In this document: positions 47,501-59,100 of the stretch, piece after piece
Layout of the letters: each line of letters starts with the position of its first letter
Numbering within the stretch: position 1 is the first letter of the stretch
Assembly: GCA_043228905.1 (NCBI GenBank)
Contig: JBHGNT010000012.1
Span: 15,314,001-15,378,000, forward strand
Direction: 5' to 3'
Length of the DNA stretch: 64,000 bases
Source of the DNA: Azolla caroliniana
Taxonomy: Eukaryota; Plantae; Polypodiophyta
The notes under the pieces: model-generated
Told to the model about the DNA's origin: nothing
Databases searched by the model: none
Seen by the model: the letters and a program-made list of their open reading frames with translations, nothing else
Translations under genes and position numbers: made by a program

Positions 47501-50220
47501 GCCGAGGAAACCGAGGAGACAGCTTACGCGCAAAGAGAAAGGGAAGAAAAAGGTGTCGGATTCCGGCATGGGTAAGAACGAGTCAGACCAACACGAGTCC
47601 GACTCCGAGGGAAGCGGTGACGGGCCTTCAAGAGCGAAGTCCGCGTCGACCGAGAAGACCTCGACATCGGCTAATGAACGATTACGCCGATCTACCCGCT
47701 AGAAGAACCCAGTTATGCGGTTCGGTTACAACGAGTACATGGCGCATCACTATGCGTACATGACTCGTGTAGCAGAAGTGCGTGAGCCGGAGAGCTACGC
47801 AGAAGCGGCTCAGGACATGAATTGGCGAGCCACAATGGAGGAAGAGATGCACGCACTAGCGGAAAACGAGACCTAGGACCTAGTTGATGCACCGTAGGGT
47901 GTGAAGCTGATCGGATGTAGGTGGGTGTACAAGGTCAAGTACAACACCGACGGCTCGGTCAACCGATACAAGGCCCGGTTAGTAGTGAAAGGCTATGCGC
48001 AGAAACACGGCATCGACTACGATGAGACGTTTGCGCCGGTCGCGAAGATGACGACCATCCGTGTTTTGCTCGCGGTAGCCGCGGCCAAGGGGTGGCACTT
48101 ACATCAGATGGATGTAAAGAATGTGTTCCTGCAAGGTGAGCTTGAGGAACAAGTGTACATGGTAAAACCCCCCGGATTTCACTCCGCAACGAACACGTCG
48201 GCATTGTGCCGATTGAAGAAGTCCCTTTACAACCTGAAGCAAGCCCCGCGTGCCTGGAACGCAAAGATCACGCATCGTCTGCGTCGGATGGGATTTGCGA
48301 CGTCAAAATCGGATTCCTCACTGTTCGTTCGGAAAGGTCGACTCAGGCCGGTTAGTATTTTACTCTATGTTGATGACTTGGTCATCACCGGCGCCGACCT
48401 AGGTGAAATCAACCGCGTGAAGCTCCAGCTTGTGGCATCGTTCGACATGAAGGATCTGGGGGATCTTCATTACTTCCTTGGGATCGAAGTGATCCATACC
48501 CCCGAAGGCATATTACTCAGCCAACGCCCTTACGCATTGTATATGCTCTTCAAATTTGGGATGACAAACTGTAAGTCCGTCTCGACTCCTCTTGATAGAA
48601 CCGTCAAGCTTCGCCCCAATTCTAGAAAGGTGTGCGACCCGATGAGGTTCCGACAAATTGTCGGAAGCCTTATTTACTTGACAATCACCCGACCCGATCT
48701 CAGTTATCCGGTCGGGGTGATCAGTCAGTTTATGGCGCGGCCTACCGAGGAGCACCTTCAGTGTGCGCAACGCGTACTACGGTACGTAAGCGGCACTACG
48801 GACCGGGGACTGCTATATCGGACTGGTATAGCCTCGCAGTTGGTCTGCTACACCGATGTTGATTGGGCTGGCAACGCCACCGATTGCCGATCCACGTCTG
48901 GATACGCGTTCTCTCTTGGGAGTGCCGTGATAGCGTGGAGTAGCAAGAAGTAGCCGACAGTTGCATTGTCGGGCACCGAAGCTGAGTATAGAGGAGCGAT
49001 TGTCGCAGCATGCGAAGCCATATGGTTGAAGCGGCTACTTAAGGACCTGCAAGAGGCGGTGTCCGATCCGATGACGATCTACTACGACAACCTCAGCAGC
49101 ATCCAGCTCGCAAAGAACCCCGTTTTCCACGCACAGACCAAACACATTGAGGTGCACTACCATTTTGTCCGTGAGCGTGTTCTTTCTGGTGAAGTCGAAC
49201 TTCAGTATGTTCCGATGGATCGGCAAATTGCCGACATCTTCACCAAACCCCTTGGTCTTGACAAGTTGCAGCAATTCTCGGGTGCGCTTGGATTGCGTCA
49301 CCTCGACGTGCCAAACTTGAGGGGGAGAGACATCCCGAATGACCATGGAAGGAAGCAGGAAAGGAGCGGAGAAGACCGTGACGCCGAGTCGGGTGGATCC
49401 GTGGAAGAATCCCGAAGCGGACATAAGGGGAGCAGCCGAAAGGAAGAGCCGAAGTCAACCAAGCATGGGGGAGATGACGTCGTCAAGGGCGAGAAGACCG
49501 ATCAGAGGTAGCTGAGTCGGTTTGGATGTTTGATTCGAATGCACTAAATCAACCAAGGACCAAGCGGAGAAGAAGGCAGTAAGAGAAGCACCAACACTGC
49601 GACAGCAAGGAAGCTGTGAAGGGCCATGGGAGCAGAAAAGCCGACCGGAAGGGTCGAAGCGCGCAGAGTCGAACAAGCCGAGGAGCACGAGCGAGGTGTG
49701 GAGCCAGGAGGAACCGGAGCGGTGATCCCGAAGATCCCGAAGAGCCTCAAGTTGAGCTTGAGGGGGAGTGTTGAGAGACAAGCTCAACATCGGCTGGATC
49801 GGCTGAGCAAGCCGAGGACCAGATTGGTTGGGACTGATCGGTTAGGCTGGACCGGTGCGTAAAACGGATGCGTAAAACGGTACACAAACCGGTGCGTAGG
49901 AAGGTCGTATAGGTGCGTAAACCCAAAGGTCGTTAGAAAGATATTCCTCTTAAGGAATAGTTTTGGGAGTAAGAGTCGAGGCTCATTTATGAGCAATCAA
50001 GTACTGTCAGTACTTGTGTCAGCCCGATTGTCAGGGCTTGTATAAAAGTGCTCATTGAGCACATCCTATGTACAGATTGAGTATTATCTTTTTGAATTAA
50101 GTTCTGTGTTTACTCTCTCTCTGTCTCTCCCATGCGTACTGTGCAAACCTAAGCTTTCCATTAAACTTGTGTTTTCTGTTGTTCAATTTTCTATATTGCT
50201 TCCGCACGCAATTCTTTTCA
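44556..50220 (+). mobile_element. Ty1/Copia element D, full length, decayed (same group as A and B)
   Basis: LTRs 44556-44982 and 49769-50220; TSD AATCA; PBS iMet at 44983; PPT before 49769; gag-pol 45065-49511 with many stops. Confidence 0.95.
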
Positions 50221-50471
50221 AATCACTACTACGGAAACTGGGCAAGGAAGTTTATGCAAGGCTATTTGATGTTTTCGGGCAAAATCTCTATCCATGAAAC
50301 AAGAATTGGCTCCGGTATCTAAGAGAGTTAGGACATGAAGTTGACAACTTGGTGTCCTAACTTGTACTTGGGTTGAGAAAACTCTACTAACATGCTTGGA
50401 AGAGATGGAACCCACACTAGGTTGTACAGATCTAGGACTGTCCAACCAAACGGCTCCGATTTTGGCCGGAC

Positions 50472-51656
50472 TTATTCATTTGACTCCTCTTCTAATTGGC
50501 TTAGGACCTCAAACTTATTGGATAGAGTTGGATTACTAGAAACATTAGTTGGCACAGTTTCAACAATACTAGACTCATTTCTATTATCAATAATGCTAGA
50601 CTCATTTCTATTATCATAGTTAATGTGATGTACCTGACGTCTCAGTCTATGTGGACAATGAATGGCAATATGTCCTGGACCTCCACAATATAAGCATATT
50701 CGATTTGCTCGACGGCGTTGTTTCTCTTCATCTGATAAAGGTCCTCGTCGCCGGGTCATATCAATCTCCATCGGTGTCGGGCTATCCATTAGTGTTGGGC
50801 TACGTGCTTGCCGTGGAGTTGGGACGGGGCTATATTGTTGCCTTGGAGATTGTGCCATCATTGATGCATAAGTTGGCGTAAATCTTGATCTTGTTTGTTG
50901 TTGTTGTCGCTCAAACTGACACTCAAAAAGCCGATTATAACACCGTATTGCTCGGCTAATAGCTTCTATAAGGGATTTTGGATCCTCGGGGAAGGTAAGA
51001 AGTAAATCTTTTACATCTCCACAAAGGCCCAAATGAAATTGCTCCATTAGAGCTTGTTCGTCCCAAGGAATATCACTTGCAATGAGACGAAAATTGGCTG
51101 CATACATTGACGTTGGTTGATCCCCTTGTCGCAATGTGCGAATCTTATTGATTGTCGTTCTTACACTATCTGTGTCCCCGAAGCAAGCCTTAAACTCTTT
51201 GATAAATTCTTCAAAGTTGTTGAGTAGGGGCGAATTTGCTTCTAGCAATGGAGCAAACCATGACAATGTTGTGCCAGTCAATAAAGTGCCCACTAACCCG
51301 ACTCGAGATGAATCCGTCGGATAACGCGTGGGATGCATCGGAATTACCAACCGCACTTGATTTATAAAACCCCAAAAATGTGCTCTCGACCCATCGAATT
51401 TAGCTGGGAAGCTGATTTTGGGCTCCTTAAGAACTCCTTGACTGTTGACTTTTAGTTGTTGTAAAGTTACTATTGCCGACTCTAGTTGTTGAACCCTTCG
51501 TGTAAACTCGTCATGTATTTGTTGATTCTCTAGTGAAACCTTCTGTAGGTCTTCAAGGAATCGTTGATTTTCCAGCTCTAGTGATGCAAACTTGCTTTTG
51601 AGATTCTCCATTTTTGCAACAAGGGCGAAGTATTCTTGTGGGTTGCCAACATCCAT
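50472..51656 (-). CDS. gag: G4 Gag (open, 394 aa)
   Basis: EPKISFPAKFDG, PTPMEID, CLYCGGPGHIAIHC. Confidence 0.88.
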   Translation of the reverse strand: MDVGNPQEYFALVAKMENLKSKFASLELENQRFLEDLQKVSLENQQIHDEFTRRVQQLESAIVTLQQLKVNSQGVLKEPKISFPAKFDGSRAHFWGFINQVRLVIPMHPTRYPTDSSRVGLVGTLLTGTTLSWFAPLLEANSPLLNNFEEFIKEFKACFGDTDSVRTTINKIRTLRQGDQPTSMYAANFRLIASDIPWDEQALMEQFHLGLCGDVKDLLLTFPEDPKSLIEAISRAIRCYNRLFECQFERQQQQTRSRFTPTYASMMAQSPRQQYSPVPTPRQARSPTLMDSPTPMEIDMTRRRGPLSDEEKQRRRANRICLYCGGPGHIAIHCPHRLRRQVHHINYDNRNESSIIDNRNESSIVETVPTNVSSNPTLSNKFEVLSQLEEESNE

Positions 51657-53665
51657 GGGTACTTACTAGTGTTTGTGGAAGAGGCTAGACGAGAAGAAGG
51701 AAATTCGAATCAAACTATCAGAAACAAGAGAGAAGGTAAAGTGATAGAAGAAAGATATAAAGAGATCACAAGAAGAGGAATGAAATGATAAGAGAAGAAT
51801 GAATGTATTAAAGTAGAATAAGAATGGATACAAGATAGGTGATGAGAGCTTAAGACTGGTGTTGATTCGAATTGGTTTTGAGAAGAATTGTAATTTATAG
51901 GTTCCTATAGAATAACCTAGTGATTTCTATAATGTTCTAGAATATTCTAAGATGTTCTAGGATATTCTAGAATGTTCTAGGATGTTCTAGAACATTTACA
52001 ATATTAGTCTATTACAAGAAGTAGCTTTTATTATTTTATATAATCATATGTTATCTTAATGGTTAGGTTCTTTATTATGTATTACAAGGTCTTGGGTTCA
52101 AGCCCAAGTGAAGCCACATAATGTTCACGGATTCATGACAGATAGATGCTAACACGATGACTGACCTCAAGTTGAGCTTGAGGGGGAGTGTTGAGCGAGC
52201 AATCTCAACGTGGGCCGTATCGGCTGAACAAGTCGAGAGCCAGATCAGATGAAGATCGATCAGTTAGGCCCATAGCCGAAATGGGGAACCGGATCGGAGA
52301 GTCGGACCCACGTGTGAACCGGTAGGCCATCAGGCGCGCTCCTAGGTAGTAGGTAGTTATATTCCTAGGAGTTAGTGTCAGTAGCTCAACTATGAGCATT
52401 GAAGTACTAACATACTTCTGACCGTCCTTTATGGACTTGTATAAAAGTGCTCACTAAACACATTTGTATGTACAAAGTGTTATTTTGAAATTAAGTTTTT
52501 TCAATGTTCTGCTCTCTTTGTCTCTTCCGCGTACTCTCTCTCTCTCTCTCCATTGTTTTCTGTGTTTACCACTTTTCTGTTGTTGTCTGGCTAAGCCGAT
52601 TGTGTCTGTGTTAGCTTCCGCATGTTAACCTTCACAACTTGCCACATCGCCAGGAAAGCATGTACATGTGCCTCGGCGTCCGCTTCATCATTTTACTGAG
52701 GATAAGGGTATGACATTGTGTCGAGGTCTTGGTGGTTGGCTACCTCCCTTGGTAGGTTGATGTCTCGGTCGGTGGTGTGGTGAGTTTGGTCACTGCAGTG
52801 GTCAACCTCAGAATTGTTGTCATTGGCTGTTACCGAGTCGAGCTGCACTTTGGAGTGGGCCTCCAACACTTGTTGGCTCTGCTCCGTGAGAGTTGAGTTC
52901 GCCACACTCTCTTCGTGGTTTGCACGTTGGAAGTGCCATTGAGACTGCTCTGTGAGTGCAACCTCTATCATGTGTTAGGAGTCTGCCCGAGTATGCGGTT
53001 TGCCTCATCTTATCGTCTCTTTGCTCCCCCATTGGCTAGATGACATCCATCCCCTTGCTGTTCTCTGTGTCTTAGAGTAACATGGTGTCAGACACTCGCT
53101 CCTTTGGTGTCCAACTCAAGGTCTTGTGGTAGGGAGATGGAAACGTGGACAGGTTCTCAATCCAGGGAGGCACCAATAGTACAACGAGGTGTGAAAAACC
53201 TACGTAGTTTACGAATTGAATTGCAGTGGTTGTGGAGACTGGGCACCAAGCTTGCTACAACCAACTTGTGATATACAATACACAATAACAGACTACAAAT
53301 GCTCAACACAGATTAAAACTCTCAACACAGGAATAGAGAATAAGCAAACAGATATTCTATTACGAGATGTAGACTTAATACACTGATACAACTACGTTTT
53401 ACATCTTTCCATGTCCCTTTTTATAGTGAGCATGGGCAGTTACATCTATACATGAATCGCTACCAGTTCCACTAATTATGTTACTGACGTTTTCTTAGCT
53501 CCTTGATCTAACTCGTAACCATTCGTGGCCTTTTCACATCTAGGTCGTCCTACCAGCCAACAAGTTCAAGTTTGAAAACTCCCAAACTGTTTAAGGCTTA
53601 ATCGGTTTGGTTTGAACAAGACGAAACTAGTTTAGCCGAAATTGAATTGTTACTAATTCTTATCA

Positions 53666-54110
53666 CAAACATCCATGGTTGATCTTGTTGACACATATCT
53701 CATAACAAGACAAATCTACGGGTCATCAATTGCATTGCCAAATTCAATATTTGAGCACCACCTAACCATTTGGGAGTAGGCAACAATTCAATGAAATCCA
53801 TGTAACTCGTATTTTTCTCCCTCTCACCACAACATGAGTCGAAGAGGTTGCAACAATGTTTGTAATGCCTTCTTAGTCCAATGGAGAAATGGTAAAAAAT
53901 ATAACGGCATGGGTCATCACGATACATTGCACCATATTGAGTTGCACATGAAATGACCATAATTTAGACTTCCAATAAATAAAATTTTCCATTAATTGAT
54001 CATCAAGGTTGTCAATCAATTGAACATTTGATACCCCAAACACTAATGAATTGCTCGTGTAATCACTGACCTTTGCCATGCCAACATTCCAAATCACTCT
54101 CCGTACAAGA
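53666..54110 (-). mobile_element. Degraded L1-type LINE fragment (post-RT region)
   Basis: FGVS...YWKSKL and PKWLGGAQILNL resemble L1 ORF2 motifs downstream of RT (LPKxxGGLG). Confidence 0.5.
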
Positions 54111-55384
54111 AATAAGGTGAGACTTCCTCCAATTTATATGCAACCTAAAGCCAATGTAAATTGATCCTAAACTTGAATGTACTCTTTTCAATATTTTCTT
54201 TTGTGGCCTATAGAAACATAAAAGAATCGTCATCGTCGTCATCATCATCATCATCATCATCTCTCTCTCTCTGTCTCTCTCTCTATGGGCAATCCTCTCC
54301 ATGGACTAGGCCCTGTCTCATAGATCACATTTAAAACATAGCTATCTATCAATTTGCTTGTCTTTAATCACATTAGACTATGTTCTTTAGGAACCAACAT
54401 GAGCCAATGGCTACAATGTTTTTCACACCTAACGTTTGTTTAATATGGCATTATAATGTTTTAGGCTACCTTAGGATCCTTAAACTCCATTGCAAAAGAA
54501 TGGAACATGCAATCTTCGGACGAGTCTCCATAATTTCTCAAATGTCATAAATGGTTCCATTACATGAAAGCGTGTTATGATAGTCAAGCAACAACTTCTA
54601 AGCTTCATCTCTGTGAAGGTATTTGAATGATTATATGATTGTACAATTATGAGAAGGAACTAATTGAGAATTAACATGAGCTAGTAGTAATCTCACGATA
54701 TGGCAAAGCCTAGATCAAGGTAGGCAAACAAAAAAACAATGCTAAAAGACGATCTAAAACTTTGTTCCAAAATCGTGCTTGACTCATGATGTTAATGTTA
54801 GTGATTTTGGTTGCTTTTTCTTCAGAAAAAACAAAAAAAATAAAAATACATGTAACTACCTCTCGCCTACCACATCGTTTGGCTTTTTATGCATTAATTC
54901 ATAGGGGGACACTTGGGCTCGAAGAAAACCTTTTGGTGCTCTATATTTCACATCCTATTGGAGATTGTTACATTGAGATATCCTCTCTCTACATTAGCAA
55001 TTGGTCAAACTAGAGTCTTGGAAGGGGTTTCTACTCAAACACAAATTAGTTGGCTAGAGGTATAAAGAAAGAACGAACTATTGCTTCGTTCAACTCCTAA
55101 ATGTGTAGCCTTCGGGTGTTGTTTTCTTAATACTATTGAAGAAAATCTTTTATAATAAAAAGAACTCCCGAATGTGTCTTTTGACAAGCAGAGTGTGAAT
55201 GTGTAAAGGAAGAACAAAGCGAATGTGAATTTGTCTTTTGACATATGAGGCTTTAGATCGGATCGGTACCATTGTTTTCTCCTCCGTCTCCATCATAACG
55301 TGGGGAACATCTCACTCTAGATGCACACTCAAGGAGGTCATCGTTTACACTTACGGGATGGTGTAGTAAATGTGATAAGGGCAT

Positions 55385-55385
<1 letters not shown>

Positions 55386-55426
<41 letters not shown>

Positions 55427-55960
55427 TGCAACATTCATTGGTAAAGTTCTTGAACATCGAGAATTGCTACTCACATTCACATGTATCACGTGAAATGTAC
55501 TAATTTTGGTCTCATACATCATATTTAACCTTCGTAGACGATAATAGAATCTCTGCCTCTATCTCTTTCTTCGTCCGTCCGTCCGTCTGTATGTCTCTGT
55601 CTCTGTCTTGATCTCATAATCAACAACGACGTGTGCGGGTTCACTCGTGCCGACAAGAAACCTCAAAAGGTTTGCCGATGGTGCCATCAGATCCGAAGCC
55701 GCCCACAAATTCAAATTTAGCGTGCACCGACCGATCTGGGGGGGGGGGGGGGGGGGGGGGGCAAGGAGGCGAACTTTCGTTCGTTCGGGTTCGGGTTCGT
55801 ATTCGTATTCGTATTCGTATTCGTATTCGTATTCTGGGAGGCCCCTCCCTCACTATAAGCTCGAGATCACATGGTGCCTCACACAAACACAGAGAAACAC
55901 ACAGACAAAACACAGACACAGAGAGACAGAGCTTAGAGAGAGAGAGAGAGAGAGAGAGAG
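55386..55960. repeat. Microsatellite cluster upstream of OEP61: (CT)n, G24, (TTCGTA)n, (AG)n
   Basis: Visible at ~55386-55424, 55738-55761, ~55795-55833 and ~55936-55960. Confidence 0.9.
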
Positions 55961-56131
55961 GAGGTCCTGTGGGTGGGTGGGGGGGGAGGGGTGGTACCTG
56001 CGTTTTTTTTCTTTTCTTTTCTTTTCTTTTTGACACCATCTCGATCGATCGATCGATCAATCATCTCTCCATCGCCGCCGTGGATCGCCTTCCACTCCTT
56101 CCCAACAAACAAGAAACAGCAGCACTTCACT

Positions 56132-59100
56132 ATGGTGGATGCCGAGACGCTCAGGTTCGCCACAGAACAGATGAGTCGGATTCCTCCCGATGAATTAAGG
56201 CGAATGTCACAACAGGTCAGAAGTCCTGCAGTATATCCATCCATCCACATACATACATACATACATGTGTATATATGTATATGTACATATCTATTCCTGT
56301 TCTATTTTCGTAATGATCTTCACCCTGTGATAGGGAAGGATTTGCAGGTTTCCATAGAAATGTAGGTTTAGGCCTGACAGACAATTTTCTTTTCAGTCAC
56401 AGAGATCTGGACATTCACATACATACACACATCTCTTTGTTTGATTTGCTTATGATCTTTGTCATTTGAACATAAAACAGATGTGGCCTCCTGCTATAGA
56501 AATGCGGGCTTAGGTTACTGAGAGGTTTTTTGTTTCACTTAACAGAGATGTGTATAGATATATCTTTATCTGACTCTCATAGAAGAATGATTTGCATATG
56601 GTCTTTGCCGTTTGATTGTACAAGGGACGTGAGTGACATGATGAGTGAGCGAATCTTATTTATTTTGCCTTAGAAAGATGTGAATTTGTAAGGTTCATGC
56701 ATTCTAAATGAGAAATCTACTTGATTAATTTAAATTAGCAACATGATTATTAATCAAATAGAAGGATTTATAAAAGCTCTCTACCCAGCCCATCTCCCAA
56801 GCTGGGAGTTGACACGCATCCGTTGATGTGATGAATTTAATACAATGATCTGAAGGTTGGAAAAAAATTGGAGTTGATTGTAATTTGAATATGCAATATT
56901 CTAAGACAACCGTCAAATTTTGAAATTGAAGATGTAAATACCTCAAAACTTTTGAGAATTGTTTTGGATAGAAACATAATGAGATATTGAATTTAACCTG
57001 TGAATAAATAATTGCCACAAATTTTATTGGTCGCAAAAACGCCAGGGTGGTAGCTGAGGCATTTCAGGGTAAACCCTGAGCCAAAATATCTCTAGGCAGA
57101 ATGTCACCAGGAAGTGTTACTTTTTTTCTTTCATTACATTATTCAATAAATATTTCATTTATATTTTTATTCATTTTTACTTGATCCTCTTGAAATTGGG
57201 CAATATGACACTGGAAGAACAGTATGAAAATGGTAAAGGGCCAAAGGTCTATACCTTGGTGGACTCACGGATGCATAGCCCTTGTGTCAGGATGTTATCG
57301 GTCCATTTAGCATTGATTACTGATGTCTGTGGGGACATCTTGTCTAGAGTAAGAGCAATTTCACATCTCCTTTTGCTGAAACTCATGAAATGGACCGCAG
57401 TTGTTTCAGACACACAAATATACTCACGTTTAGAGCCAATAACCATAGGGCAATGAACCCACCAATTGATCTGTATTTCTTTATTTCATTAAATAAATAC
57501 CAGTGATTACTCTAGTTTGGATGATTTCCATTAAACATGGGCTCTATGAACTCTATGCACCTACTTAGTGGTCAGTGCGATAATCCAATTTAGATTCTTT
57601 TCATATTAATTTAGCTTTGTAATTATGTGTTAAAGATGTCATATTGATAGAATAATAGTGCAACCAGCAAATATATATTCATTGTTTAGGTTATAATGAA
57701 GCTTTTACTATAGGATTGCAGTATGCAGCATTACACTTTGCAAATATATATTCATCATTTAGGTTATAATGAAGCTTTTACACTAGGATTGCAGCATGCA
57801 GCATTACATTTCGCACATGATTAAACCCTCATCTTGAATGTCCTTAACCCTCTCTTTATTATTAAAGCAAGTTCTATCCTATGCATACCTATTGAGGGGA
57901 GCTTTAGAGATGACATGCAAATTTGTATCACCCACATTCGTATTATATTAGAAAAGTTGGTTCATATGTGAGTTCTATCTACTAGCTTTTCTAACTTACA
58001 TCCTCTTTCCAAACTTGGCAGATGATGAACAATCCTGATCTCATCCGCATGGCTGCTGAGAGTATGAAGGATCTTAAAGCAGATGATATACGTTTCGCGA
58101 CTGAACAAATGAAACGGTTAAGGCCTGAAGATATGGCAGAGATGAGCTCTCGTCTTGCAAATGCATCGCCTGAAGAAATAGCTGCAATGAGGGTTCAGGC
58201 CGACGCACAACAAGCATATGAATACAGTGGATCATTAGCACTGAAAAACCAAGTGGGTGCTGTTAACATCAAAATGATTTGTTTATCTCTTTTAAGATTT
58301 AATCTCTTGTTTGGTCTTATGGGCCATTTTGGCCTCTAAACAATGTTAATATATCTTTCTTTCTTTTAAAACGTTTCAGCTTGTTGGTATTTTTCAAGAT
58401 ATTCTCTTGTTTAATCTTGTGGGTTTGTTATTACCAGGGAAATCATCTTCATGGGATTGGAAAGTACAGTGAAGCAATTGAAAAATATCACAGAGTAAGT
58501 GCATACTATGTCGCCAGCTGTCAAAATGGATGATAAATTAACATGATCACAACAATAACATTGTGTCGAAAAACATTGCAAAATCTATTTATCAGGCGAA
58601 GCAGAATCTCTTAGCTTTACGCACACCAGAAGCAGCAGCCTTGCGACAGGCATGCTCGCTGAATTTGATGTCATGTTATTTGAAGACAGGACAATTTGAA
58701 AAAACAATAGCTGAAGGAGTCGAGGTTCTTTTTACTTTTGCCATAGCATTTGATTCTTCTATGTTTCTGGGTCTGAGATCAATGTGCTCATGTTTTTCTT
58801 CATGTTGTCAGGTTCTTGGGAGTGATGCAAACAACCTGAAAGCTTTGTATCGGCGTGGCCAAGCATATAAAGAGCTAGGAAAACTAAGGGTACATGTTCA
58901 TTTTTTTCACTGATTTCTAGTAGATACGGTAATGAGCATAAATAATGATAGAAATATTGCAACTCTTTATCTTGTTTGGGCAGCTCGCTGTTGCTGATTT
59001 GAGCAAAGCAGCAAAACTTTCTCCAGATGATGAAACAGTCAACGATGCATTGAAGTATTGTTTTAAGATTAGCCTAGTGTTTTGTTTACCTCAGAGATTT

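Larger units (their letters stand above)
40191..50471 (-). pseudogene. pol: G4 pol PR-RT-RH-INT-chromodomain, split by Copia D and a solo LTR
   Basis: CPVSVVVI|DGRPIASG across Copia D; KELLAM|VNSFVQWRHFLEG across the solo LTR; EYEVASILDSK...YLVDWLGY...TWEP chromodomain at ~40260-40430. Confidence 0.9.
39755..52140 (-). mobile_element. Ty3/Gypsy chromovirus G4 (Tcn1-like), with two nested insertions
   Basis: LTRs 52140-51716 and 40206-39755; TSD aatag/gatag (1 mismatch); PPT 40207-40220; gag 51656-50472, PR (LLDTGA), RT (YLDD), RH, INT and a C-terminal chromodomain. Confidence 0.92.
37855..52636 (+). mobile_element. Ty1/Copia element E, 5'-truncated (RT-RH 37855-39170, tail to 39754, resumes at 52141, 3' LTR 52189-52636)
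   Basis: Degenerate [34 protein letters not shown]; PPT ttgagggggag before LTR tgttgag...ttcaca; split by G4. Confidence 0.75.

Noticed and set aside
37690-53665. One large element (tgtta...tatca) splitting a single LINE
   Set aside because: The flanks caatt and caaac match only 3/5 and no terminal repeats could be aligned; possible but unsupported.
55253-56060. Divergent minus-strand gene upstream of OEP61, and ORFs 55633-56193, 55641-56060, 55647-56033
   Set aside because: The ORFs stay open because of microsatellites. A possible MAPSANLL exon (~55680-55655) could not be extended to a recognisable protein. RNA-seq would be needed.
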